A stretch of DNA of 64,000 bases from Gemmatimonadales bacterium (lineage in GTDB: Bacteria > Gemmatimonadota > Gemmatimonadetes > Gemmatimonadales > GWC2-71-9). The stretch lies in the NCBI GenBank assembly GCA_035287045.1, contig DATECF010000256.1:43125-107124 (forward strand). Direction: 5' to 3'. Within the stretch, counting starts at the first letter, position 1; each line of letters starts with the position of its first letter. Below are positions 8,315 through 17,159 of the stretch, one piece after another. The notes under the pieces were generated by a model, which searched no databases, had not been told where the DNA came from, and saw only the letters and a program-made list of their open reading frames with translations. The position numbers and the translations under genes were made by a program.

Positions 8315-8832
8315 GCGTCTCGGCCCCCCCTCTCACGCTCCGGCCCCCCCGCCCGAGCGATCGGAGCCGCGTGGCCCGGATCGTGCGCGCCACCGGCGTG
8401 TTCCGCCCCGCGGAGGTGGACATCGCGCTGGAGGTGTTCGACGGCGCCACGGCCAAACCCGGCGTGGATTACCACGCCCTGGGCGCGTACGACGACGCCG
8501 ATCAGCTCATCGGATTCGCCTGCTACGGCGCTACGCCCGGCACCGAGGCTACCTGGGACCTGTACTGGATCGCCGTGGATCCCGGCATTCACCACCGCGG
8601 CGTTGGCCGCGCCCTGATGGCGGCCTGCGAGCGCGCGATCGCGGAGGCCGGTGGCCAGCTGGTGGTGGTGGAGACGTCGTCGCGACCGGATTACGACTCG
8701 ACGCGTGCGTTTTACCAGGCGCTGGCGTACGGGGCAACGGCGCGCATCCCTGACTTCTACGCGCCGCACGACGACCTCGTCGTGTACACCAAGCGGTTGG
8801 TTCCCTCTACCAGAGAACGACCACATGGCTGA
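8311..8832 (+). CDS. GNAT family N-acetyltransferase
   Basis: GTG 8311 overlaps the upstream TGA (GTGA). Acetyl-CoA motif: IAVDPGIHHRGVGRALMAACE. 173 aa. Confidence 0.85.
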   Translation: MSVSAPPLTLRPPRPSDRSRVARIVRATGVFRPAEVDIALEVFDGATAKPGVDYHALGAYDDADQLIGFACYGATPGTEATWDLYWIAVDPGIHHRGVGRALMAACERAIAEAGGQLVVVETSSRPDYDSTRAFYQALAYGATARIPDFYAPHDDLVVYTKRLVPSTRERPHG

Positions 8833-10000
8833 TTGGCAGAAACTCCTGCACCAGCGGAGCGTCGCCTCCCTCCAGCAGCTGGTGGCCAGGTTCGGGCGTG
8901 AGCAGTTCCCGGACCTGGACCGGCTGCAACAGGCGATCGACAACTTCGAGCTGAGGATCTCACCCGCCATGGTGGATCTGATCAAGGAGCCGGGCGATCC
9001 CATTTGGCGGCAGTACGTCCCGGACCTTCAGGAGCTGGATGTCGTGGACGGCGTCCCGGACAGCCTGAACGAAGATGACGATAGCCCGGTTCCCAACATC
9101 ACGCACCGCTATCCTGACCGGGCGCTGTTTCTGGTGAGCCCGGTGTGCGCCGCCTACTGCCGGTTCTGTACCCGCCGCCGCAAAGTGGGCGATCCCGAAA
9201 AGATCCCGATGTCGCAGTTCGAGAGCGCGTTCCGGTATCTGGCGGAACACACCGAGATCCGCGACGTGATCATGTCGGGCGGCGATCCCCTGCTCCTGTC
9301 CGACCGCCGGCTGGACCAAATCCTGGGCCGGCTCCGGCAGATCAAGCATATCGAGGTCGTCCGGATCGGCAGCCGGGTGCCGTGCCACCTGCCCGAGCGG
9401 ATCACGCCGGAGCTGTGCGCCACGTTGAAGAAGTACCATCCGCTGTACCTCAACACGCACTTCAACCACCCGGACGAGCTGACGCCCGCGGCAGTGAAGG
9501 GCCTGGGGCTCCTGGCGGACGCGGGCGTGCCCCTGGGGTGCCAGACGGTCCTGCTGAAGGGCGTGAACGACGATCCGGATGTCATGAAGGAGCTGATGCA
9601 GCGGTTGCTCGCCGCGCGCGTCCGGCCCTACTACATCTACATGTGCGACCAGGTGGCCGGCGCGGAGCATTTCAAGACATCGGTCGAGACCGGACTGGAG
9701 ATCATCAAGGCGCTGCGCGGATGGACCAGCGGGCTCGCGGTGCCGCATTTCGTGATCGACGCGCCGGGGGGCGGCGGGAAGATCCCGCTGCTGCCGGAGT
9801 ACGTGGTGCGCATCACCGAAGACGAAGTAGTGCTGCGGAACTACCGCGGCAAGCGCTACGTGTGGAAGCAGCCGCGCGAGGAGGAATCGCTGGTCGGCGC
9901 GGGGGTGCGGGAGCCGGAATACGACTTTCTACCCACCTTTGAAGCCGCGCAGAACGCCAAGAACGGGAAGAAACGCAAACGCAACAAGCGGGTCGCGTAG
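8825..10000 (+). CDS. kamA: lysine 2,3-aminomutase (KamA family radical SAM/PLP enzyme)
   Basis: SPVPNITHRYPDRALFLV, the radical-SAM triad CAAYCRFC, SGGDPLL, YLNTHFNHP, RPYYIYMCD, VIDAPGGGGK. Collinear with clostridial KamA as I remember it. ATG 8825 overlaps the GNAT gene by 8 nt. Confidence 0.9.
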   Translation: MADWQKLLHQRSVASLQQLVARFGREQFPDLDRLQQAIDNFELRISPAMVDLIKEPGDPIWRQYVPDLQELDVVDGVPDSLNEDDDSPVPNITHRYPDRALFLVSPVCAAYCRFCTRRRKVGDPEKIPMSQFESAFRYLAEHTEIRDVIMSGGDPLLLSDRRLDQILGRLRQIKHIEVVRIGSRVPCHLPERITPELCATLKKYHPLYLNTHFNHPDELTPAAVKGLGLLADAGVPLGCQTVLLKGVNDDPDVMKELMQRLLAARVRPYYIYMCDQVAGAEHFKTSVETGLEIIKALRGWTSGLAVPHFVIDAPGGGGKIPLLPEYVVRITEDEVVLRNYRGKRYVWKQPREEESLVGAGVREPEYDFLPTFEAAQNAKNGKKRKRNKRVA

Positions 10001-10017
10001 GGGCGGTTTGCAAATGC

Positions 10018-10054
10018 GTGAGGGGTGAGGGGTCCCCTTCCCCATCACCCCTTA
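10018..10054. terminator. hairpin of inverted heptamer arrays between convergent genes
   Basis: (GTGAGGG)x2 then CCCCTTC-CCCATCA-CCCCTTA. AGGGGTGA at 10021-10028 pairs perfectly with TCACCCCT at 10045-10052. It lies between the kamA stop (10000) and the EF-G stop (10074). Confidence 0.5.
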
Positions 10055-10073
10055 CGCCGTCCGCTGTTGCACG

Positions 10074-12173
10074 TCATTTCTTGTCGGCCTCTTCGAGCTC
10101 CTTCTTCCTCGCCTCGATGACCTTCGCCGCCACCTCCGGCGGCACGTCCTGATATGCGTGGAATTTCTGGCGGTAGGTCCCGCGGCCGTGCGTAATCGAG
10201 TGGAGCTGCGTGGCGTATCGATCCAGCTCGGCCTCCGGCACGAGGGCGCGGATCTTGCTCATCCGCCCGTCGGCCTCGGTACCGAGAATCTGGCCACGGC
10301 GGGACGAAAGGTCCCCCATGACCGCGCCCAGATACTCTTCGGGCGTCCAGGCTTCAACCTCCACGATAGGCTCCAGCAGCACCGGCTTCGCGTTGGGCGT
10401 CACGTTCCGGAACGCCAGGATGCCGGCCATCTTGAACGACATTTCGTTGGAGTCGACGTCGTGGTAGGAGCCGTCGTATAACTCCACCTTGAAGTCCACC
10501 ATGGGGTAGCCAGCCACCGGGCCCCGGGCCGTGGCCTCAATGATCCCCTTCTCAACGGCCGGGATATACTGCCGCGGGATCACGCCGCCCACGATGTTGT
10601 CTTCGAACACCAGCCCTGAGCCCCGCGCCAGCGGCGCTACCCGAATCCAGCAGTCGCCGTATTGCCCGCGGCCACCGGTCTGCTTTTTGTGCTTGCCCTG
10701 ACCCTCCGCCCTGCCCTTCAGGGTCTCCCGATATGCGATCTTGGGTTTTCCCAGGGTCGCGTGGACCCCGAACTTGCGGGCCAACCGACCTACGATGATC
10801 TCCAGGTGCCGCTCGCCGCGGCCCCGCATCAAGGTCTGGCCCAGCTCCGCGTTGTACTCGTGATGGAACGTGGGGTCTTCCTCGTGCAGGCGCTGGAGTC
10901 CGGTGTTGAGCTTGTCCTCTTCGCCCCGCTGCTTCACCTCCACCGACAGGGTGATCACCGGGTCGGGGAACGGGATCTTGGGCAGGACGATGGGCTGCTC
11001 CTTGGTGGAGAGCGTATCGTTGGTATGGGTGTCGCGCAGCTTCGCGACCACGCCAATGTCGCCCGCGTGCAGCTCGGGGGCCTCGGTGCGTTCCTTGCCC
11101 AGCGCCACCGACAAGTGATTGAGCTTCTCCGATGCCGAGCGGGGGGCGTTGTATACCTCGGCCCCGTTCTTCACCAGCCCCGAGTAGACGCGGAAGAACG
11201 TCACATCGCCGACGTGGGGCTCGGACACCGTCTTGAAAACCTGCGCCACGAACGGACCGTCGTCCTTGAACGCCAGGGACACGGGCTTGGGGTCGCCCCA
11301 CATCTGGCCTTCCACGCCTTCGCGCTCGACCGGCGCGGGAACCAGCTCCACCAACGCCGTGAGCAGGGCGCGCGTCCCGTAGGTCAGCTCGCTCGCCCCG
11401 CACAGCAGGGGATAGATCTCCCCGCGGGCGACACCGGCGTGCATCGCCCTGGTCAGCTCGTCCGACGACAGCTCCTCGCCACCCAGGTATCGCTCCAGCA
11501 GCGCGTCGTCCGTCGAGGCGATGGCCTCCACCAGGTCCTGCTCGTAGCGGTCGAACTGCGCCTTCAACTCGGTCGGGACCTCCTGTTCGTCGTACTCGCC
11601 CGTCTTGCTGCCCTGGCGGTACACATGGGCTTTCGTGGTGAGCAGGTTGACGATCCCGTGGAACTGGGAGCCCGCGCCGACCGGGATCTCGATGGGCAGC
11701 ACCTTCGAGCTCACATTGGTCTTGATGTCCTGATAGACCTTCTCGAAATCCGCGTGCTCTTTGTCCATCAGTGACACGTAGAACAGACGTGGAATCCCGC
11801 GCTGTTCGGCGTGCTCCCAGGCCTGCTCGGTGCCGACCTCGACGCCGGCGGTACTGCTCACCACGATCAGGGCGGCATCGGCCGCGTAGATCGCCGCGAT
11901 CGCGTCGCCCAGGAAGTCGAGATACCCGGGCGCGTCAAGCAGATTGATCTTGGTGTCCATCCACTCGGCGTAGGCCAGCCCCAAGCTGATGGAATACTTC
12001 CGTTCGATTTCGTCGGGGGTGTAGTTGGTGAGGGCGCTGCCGTCCTTGACGGAGCCATGCCGCTTGCTGGTGCCGGCCACGAACGCCAGGGCGTCTACCA
12101 AACTCGTCTTGCCGCTCTGGCCGTGGCCGACCACCGCGACATTCCGGATGGCTTCTCCTGTGTACACGCGCAC
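10074..12173 (-). CDS. elongation factor G paralog (EF-G2-like translational GTPase)
   Basis: G1 motif VGHGQSGKTS, DAPGYLDF, and EF-G domains II-V are recognisable (RGRGERHLEI, GGRGQYGDC, SNEMSFKMAG). It is not in a str operon context. Confidence 0.9.
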   Translation of the reverse strand: MRVYTGEAIRNVAVVGHGQSGKTSLVDALAFVAGTSKRHGSVKDGSALTNYTPDEIERKYSISLGLAYAEWMDTKINLLDAPGYLDFLGDAIAAIYAADAALIVVSSTAGVEVGTEQAWEHAEQRGIPRLFYVSLMDKEHADFEKVYQDIKTNVSSKVLPIEIPVGAGSQFHGIVNLLTTKAHVYRQGSKTGEYDEQEVPTELKAQFDRYEQDLVEAIASTDDALLERYLGGEELSSDELTRAMHAGVARGEIYPLLCGASELTYGTRALLTALVELVPAPVEREGVEGQMWGDPKPVSLAFKDDGPFVAQVFKTVSEPHVGDVTFFRVYSGLVKNGAEVYNAPRSASEKLNHLSVALGKERTEAPELHAGDIGVVAKLRDTHTNDTLSTKEQPIVLPKIPFPDPVITLSVEVKQRGEEDKLNTGLQRLHEEDPTFHHEYNAELGQTLMRGRGERHLEIIVGRLARKFGVHATLGKPKIAYRETLKGRAEGQGKHKKQTGGRGQYGDCWIRVAPLARGSGLVFEDNIVGGVIPRQYIPAVEKGIIEATARGPVAGYPMVDFKVELYDGSYHDVDSNEMSFKMAGILAFRNVTPNAKPVLLEPIVEVEAWTPEEYLGAVMGDLSSRRGQILGTEADGRMSKIRALVPEAELDRYATQLHSITHGRGTYRQKFHAYQDVPPEVAAKVIEARKKELEEADKK

Positions 12174-12261
12174 GCGCGGTACCTCCTGCCAGGGGGACGG
12201 GAAACTTGAACCCCGGTCCCGGAGACCGCAACGGGAGGGGGATGAAGACTGCGACCGTCGC

Positions 12262-14142
12262 TCACCGGTACCCGGCCGCCTGCAGGTTAAACAGCTCCGC
12301 GTACAACCCGCCCCGCCCTACCAGCTCCTGGTGCGTCCCGTGCTCCACCAACCGCCCGCCCGTCAGCACCAGAATCCGGTCCGCCATCCGAACGGTGGAG
12401 AAGCGATGGGAAATGAGGACCGCGATTCTCCCTTTGGTGAGCTCGGTGAACCTGAGGAATACCTCGTATTCGGCGCGGGCATCCAGCGCCGCCGTGGGTT
12501 CGTCCAAGATCAGGACCTGGGCCTCGCGCAGGTAGGCGCGCGCCAGCGCCACCTTCTGCCACTCGCCGCCGGACAGGTCCACCCCGTCATCGAAGCGGCG
12601 GCCCAGTTGCTGGTCGAACCCCTTGCTCAACCGTTTGGCAACCGTGTCCGCCAGGCTGCGCCGCGCCGCCTCCCGGACCCGGTCATCCTGAGACATGTAC
12701 TCCGTCTGCCCCACGCCGATGTTCTCGCGGAACAGAAACGCGTAGCGCATGAAGTCCTGGAAGATGACGCCGATGTTCGCGTGCAAGCCGGCCAGGTCGT
12801 ACTCCCGCAGGTCCACGCCGTCCAGCAGGATCCGGCCCTCGTCCGGGTCGTAGAGCCGGGCCAGGAGCTTCACCAGCGTGGTCTTGCCGGCCCCGTTTTC
12901 CCCCACCAGCGCCACCGATTCGTCCGGCGCCAGCGAAAACGAGAGGTCGCGCACGGCCCACACGTCCGACCCCGGGTACTTGAAGCTCACCCGTTCGAAG
13001 TCGAACCCTCGGCCGATGGGCCGCGGCAGGGCCCTGGCCCCCGGCCTGGAGACCACCCGTGGTTGGAGCGCCAGAAACGTGAACAGGTCGCGGAGATAGA
13101 GACTCTCCTCATACACGCTCGAGAGCATCAGGAGCACGCGCTGAATGAGGTCCCGGCTCTGCCGGAAGGAGCCTGCGAGGAAGGTGAGCACCCCGATGGT
13201 GAACGGTCCCGCCGGGGACTGATACCCAGTCACCGTGAGGTAGATGATCACACCGTAGGCGCCGTAGTACCCCAGCGAGCCCACGCCGGCGAGCAGCGTG
13301 GAGACCGAAGCCCGCTTGATCGAGAGGCGCTTGTTGATTTCGTAGAACTCGTCCGCCAGGCGGCGATAGCGTCCAATCAAGTAGGGCGACAGGCCAAAGA
13401 GCTTCACCTCCTTGGCGGCCTGGTCGCTTGCCGCCGTGAACCGGAGGTAGTCCAGCATGCGCCGCTCCGGGGTCCACTGGAACAGCAGCGAGTAGCCCAG
13501 GGCGGCGAAGTGGGTTTCGCCGAGGAATGCCGGAATCACGGCGATCGCCAGCAGCACGAGGAGCCACGGGACGTACACCAGCAACGCCAGCGTCAGCGAC
13601 ACCAGGGTGATCAGGTCCTGCACCGTCCCCAGGAGTTGGGCCACCAGGCCGATGCGTCCGACGGTCTGCCGCCGGGCCCGCTCCAGGTGATCGTAGGTCT
13701 CGGCGTCCTCGAACTGGGCGACATCCAGCCTGGCGGCGTGCTCCATCAGCCGGACCGAGATGCGGTTGGAGAAGAGATCGCCCAGGAGGCTCTCCAGGAG
13801 GGATGACGCCCGCGCCAGGCCCTCGCCGCCGACGGCAATAGCCAGCTCGACGCCCACCAGCAGCCCAAGCTGCCCCCAATCCACCGGTTGCTCCCCTCGG
13901 TACGAGGCCTCGACCGCCTCGATGATCAACTTGCCGATCCACAGGAGCCCCAACGGCACCACCGCGCGCACCACGCGCAGGCCCACGATGGCCGCGGTGT
14001 AGCCACGGTGCGTCTCATACACCATCTTGAGGAGCGGCGGCACGTGCTTCAGGGCGGCGAGCCGGTCGGGCCAATTGGGGAGTTGGTCCGGCGTCAGTCG
14101 GCTTCGAGGCCGGCGGGGAAAGGGAATGAAGGGGCCCGTCAC
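12262..14142 (-). CDS. ABC transporter, fused permease/ATP-binding exporter (MsbA/ABCB type)
   Basis: Six-TM domain, then Walker A GENGAGKTT, signature LSGGEWQKVALARA and Walker B LILDEPT. I chose GTG 14142 so the N-terminus does not run through the divergent promoter. The ORF-track start at 14361 is unlikely. Confidence 0.85.
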   Translation of the reverse strand: MTGPFIPFPRRPRSRLTPDQLPNWPDRLAALKHVPPLLKMVYETHRGYTAAIVGLRVVRAVVPLGLLWIGKLIIEAVEASYRGEQPVDWGQLGLLVGVELAIAVGGEGLARASSLLESLLGDLFSNRISVRLMEHAARLDVAQFEDAETYDHLERARRQTVGRIGLVAQLLGTVQDLITLVSLTLALLVYVPWLLVLLAIAVIPAFLGETHFAALGYSLLFQWTPERRMLDYLRFTAASDQAAKEVKLFGLSPYLIGRYRRLADEFYEINKRLSIKRASVSTLLAGVGSLGYYGAYGVIIYLTVTGYQSPAGPFTIGVLTFLAGSFRQSRDLIQRVLLMLSSVYEESLYLRDLFTFLALQPRVVSRPGARALPRPIGRGFDFERVSFKYPGSDVWAVRDLSFSLAPDESVALVGENGAGKTTLVKLLARLYDPDEGRILLDGVDLREYDLAGLHANIGVIFQDFMRYAFLFRENIGVGQTEYMSQDDRVREAARRSLADTVAKRLSKGFDQQLGRRFDDGVDLSGGEWQKVALARAYLREAQVLILDEPTAALDARAEYEVFLRFTELTKGRIAVLISHRFSTVRMADRILVLTGGRLVEHGTHQELVGRGGLYAELFNLQAAGYR

Positions 14143-14215
14143 AAGGGGTGAAGTTAACAGCGCCGAGCCACGAGCGTCCCACGCGTAATAACAACCGCTC
14201 CCTCCAGAGCGTCCT

Positions 14216-15832
14216 ATGGCGGTCTTGCCTAAATCGTTGATCCTGGCAGGCCTGGTCTCCACGGCCGTGGCCTGGAGTCCGGTTCCGCGTGGGCCGGCGC
14301 CTGAGGGCGGCGGCCTGCCGTCCGACAGCGTCGAACGGGCCCGCGCCCTCCACGCCCTCAACCGATTGACGTTCGGCCCCCGTGCCGGCGACGTGGACCG
14401 CGTAGTGGCCCTGGGCGTGGATCGGTATATCGATCAGCAGCTCGCCGCTGAGCGAATCGACGACGGCCTGGTGGAGCGGCGGCTGGCGCGTTTCGACGTC
14501 CTGCGTCTCTCATCTGAAGAGCTGGCCCGGATCTATCTCGAGGAGCAACGCGCCCGGAGGCAGCGCCAGCAAGCCGGAGGACGGGACTCGGCGGCGGAGG
14601 AGCCGCAGATGCCGCAGATGCCGCAGGGGCGTCAGCTGCCTCGGGCGCGCCGCCTGGCCGGCGAGTTGCAGCAAGCCACCATGGTCCGGGCCACGCTCTC
14701 CGAGCGGCAGCTGTACGAGGTGATGGTCGACGTCTGGTCCAATCACTTCAACGTGTTCATGGGCAAAGGCGCGGACCGCTTTCTGGTGCCGGACTACATC
14801 GAGCGCACCATTCGCCCGCACGCGATGGGGAAATTCGAGGACCTGCTGGTCGCCACCGCCCGTAGCCCAGCCATGCTCTTCTACCTCGACAACGTGCAGT
14901 CGGTGGCACCGGGCTCGCGGCCGCCGGGCCGGGCGCGTGCCGGGGAGCGCCTGCCCGTTGGGCTCAACGAGAATTACGCCCGCGAGCTGATGGAGCTGCA
15001 CACGCTGGGCGTGGACGGCGGGTACACCCAGCAGGACGTGATCAACGTGGCCCGGATTCTCACCGGCTGGAGCATGACGCCGCCGCCACGCGGCGCACGC
15101 TTTGTATTCCACCACTGGGCGCACGACCGGGGAGCGAAGATCGTACTGGGCCGGACGTTCCCCGCCGGCCGGGGGCAGGAGGAAGGCCTGGAGCTGCTGA
15201 CGCTCCTTGCCCGCCATCCGTCCACGATGCGGCACGTGTCGGCCAAGCTGTGCGCCCGGTTCCTGGCGGACGACCCGCCGGACGGCTGCATAGACGCCGG
15301 GGTACAGGCATGGGAACGGACCGGTGGCGAGATCCGGGAGATCCTGCGCGCCATCTTCCGCTCGAACGAGTTCTGGGCGCCGGCGTACCGCGGCGCCAAG
15401 GTCAAGACGCCACTGGAGTTTGTGGTGAGCGCGGTGCGCGCCGTGGGCGGCGTTCCGGACTCGACGCTCGCGCTGGCGCAGTTGGTGGGCCGGTTGGGCC
15501 AGCCGCTCTACCTGCAACCGGCGCCCACCGGCTACCCCGAAACCCAGGAGTCGTGGGTCAACTCGGGGGCGCTGTTGGAGCGACTCAATGTGGCGATGGG
15601 CCTCGCGGCGGGTCGCGCTCCAGGCGTCGCCCTGAACCTGGAGGCGTTGATCGCTTCGTGGGCTGACGCTGCGCAGCTCGCGGAGCTGGTAAACCGGCGA
15701 ATCCTGAGCGGCGGGGCCTCGCGAAACACGCTGCGGGTCATCCAGGAGCAGACGGCGAGTTTGGCTCCGGCGCAGGCCCGCATGATGGCGGTGGGTCTGG
15801 CGCTGGGTTCGCCGGAGTTTCAGCGACAGTAA
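14216..15832 (+). CDS. DUF1800 family protein
   Basis: 538 aa with a signal-like N-terminus, NENYARELMELHTLGVDGGYTQQDV and HD-containing motifs typical of DUF1800. It is paired with the downstream DUF1501 gene. Confidence 0.8.
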   Translation: MAVLPKSLILAGLVSTAVAWSPVPRGPAPEGGGLPSDSVERARALHALNRLTFGPRAGDVDRVVALGVDRYIDQQLAAERIDDGLVERRLARFDVLRLSSEELARIYLEEQRARRQRQQAGGRDSAAEEPQMPQMPQGRQLPRARRLAGELQQATMVRATLSERQLYEVMVDVWSNHFNVFMGKGADRFLVPDYIERTIRPHAMGKFEDLLVATARSPAMLFYLDNVQSVAPGSRPPGRARAGERLPVGLNENYARELMELHTLGVDGGYTQQDVINVARILTGWSMTPPPRGARFVFHHWAHDRGAKIVLGRTFPAGRGQEEGLELLTLLARHPSTMRHVSAKLCARFLADDPPDGCIDAGVQAWERTGGEIREILRAIFRSNEFWAPAYRGAKVKTPLEFVVSAVRAVGGVPDSTLALAQLVGRLGQPLYLQPAPTGYPETQESWVNSGALLERLNVAMGLAAGRAPGVALNLEALIASWADAAQLAELVNRRILSGGASRNTLRVIQEQTASLAPAQARMMAVGLALGSPEFQRQ

Positions 15833-15834
15833 GC

Positions 15835-15862
15835 GTGAGAGGTGAGACGTGAGACGTGAAGA
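15835..15862 (+). repeat. tandem heptamer array GTGAGAG-GTGAGAC-GTGAGAC-GTGAAGA
   Basis: Four 7-nt units begin 3 nt after the DUF1800 TAA. The GTG of the third unit (15849) is the DUF1501 start codon. Confidence 0.8.
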
Positions 15863-17144
15863 TTGCTCCCGCACCGACTTGCCCGTTGGTCGCCGCGTGT
15901 TCGTGAAGGCGGGAGGCCTGGCACTCGTGGCGCTCGGGCTGGACCCCATCTTCCTCACCCGCGCCGCATACGCGGTAAAGCGCGGCACCGGATCGGCAAA
16001 CCGCATGAAGACGCTCGTTTGCCTGTTCCAACGCGGCGCCGTGGACGGGCTCAACATGGTGGTGCCGCACGGCGACCCGTTCTACTATCGCGAACGTCCC
16101 CGCATCGCGATTCCGCGGCCCGGCACGGCTGGTGGCGCACTGAACCTCGACGGCCACTTCGGGCTCCATCCGGCGCTTGCCCCGCTCAAGCCCCTATACG
16201 ACCACGGGACGCTGGCGATGGTCCACGCCGTGGGATCGCCCGAGGCCACCCGCAGCCATTTCGACGCCCAGGACTACATGGAAAGCGGGACGCCCGGGCT
16301 CAAGTCCACGCCGGATGGCTGGCTCAACCGGTACCTCGGCGCGCGGCACGCGATCGAGCACCGGGACACCCCATTCCGCGGCGTGGCCATCGGGCCGCAG
16401 CTCCCCCGCGCGCTGCGCGGCTCGGCGCCGGCGCTCGCGATCGACAACCTGCAGGGCTTCGGGCTTCGCGCGCCGGAACCGGCGCGAGGCCGCCTGACGC
16501 AGGCGTTCGAGCAGCTCTATCAGGGGTCCGCCACCGGATTGGTTGCCACTTCCTCGGAAGAAGCGTTCGACGCCGTCAGGATGCTGAGAACCGTGAACCC
16601 GCGGCGCTACGAACCAGCTAACGGCGCCCAGTATCCCGCGGGACCCCTGGGCCGGTCCATGAAACAAGTCGCCCAGCTCATCAAGGCCGACCTGGGGCTG
16701 GAGATCGCGTTCGCCGACGTGGGCGGCTGGGATACCCACGTGAACCAAGGGGCGGCCGAGGGCCAGCTCGCGGCCCGCCTCACGGAGTTCGCCGGCGCCA
16801 TTACCGCGTTCACCCGGGACCTTGGTGAGCGGATGGCGGATGTGGTGGTGCTCACCATGAGCGAGTTCGGCCGCACGGTCGCCGAGAACGGCAACCTGGG
16901 CACCGATCACGGCCATGCGACCGCCATGTTGGTGCTGGGCGGCGGGGTACGGGGCGGACGGGTGTACGGTGAGTGGCCGACGCTGGATCCAGCCAGGCGA
17001 TTCGAGGGGCGAGATCTGGCCGTGACCACCGACTTCCGGGATCTCTTCGGCGAAGTCCTCACTCGGCATCTTGGCGCCGTGGACCTCGCCACGGTGTTCC
17101 CCGGCTACCAGGGCGGCAAGCCGGTAGGCGTGATCCCGGCGTAG
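15849..17144 (+). CDS. DUF1501 family protein (sulfatase-fold, Tat-exported)
   Basis: Twin-arginine motif GRRVFVKAGG, the C-terminal motif SEFGRTVAENGNLGTDHGHA, and the canonical DUF1800/DUF1501 pairing. Confidence 0.85.
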   Translation: MRREDCSRTDLPVGRRVFVKAGGLALVALGLDPIFLTRAAYAVKRGTGSANRMKTLVCLFQRGAVDGLNMVVPHGDPFYYRERPRIAIPRPGTAGGALNLDGHFGLHPALAPLKPLYDHGTLAMVHAVGSPEATRSHFDAQDYMESGTPGLKSTPDGWLNRYLGARHAIEHRDTPFRGVAIGPQLPRALRGSAPALAIDNLQGFGLRAPEPARGRLTQAFEQLYQGSATGLVATSSEEAFDAVRMLRTVNPRRYEPANGAQYPAGPLGRSMKQVAQLIKADLGLEIAFADVGGWDTHVNQGAAEGQLAARLTEFAGAITAFTRDLGERMADVVVLTMSEFGRTVAENGNLGTDHGHATAMLVLGGGVRGGRVYGEWPTLDPARRFEGRDLAVTTDFRDLFGEVLTRHLGAVDLATVFPGYQGGKPVGVIPA

Positions 17145-17159
17145 CCCTACATTCCCACC

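Noticed and set aside
8825-12173. Possible functional link between the KamA-like gene and the adjacent EF-G paralog, by analogy with EpmB/EpmA beta-lysylation of EF-P
   Set aside because: The genes are convergent and separated by a hairpin. The aminomutase looks like full-length KamA rather than the shorter EpmB/YjeK. No EpmA or efp is present. Adjacency alone is insufficient.
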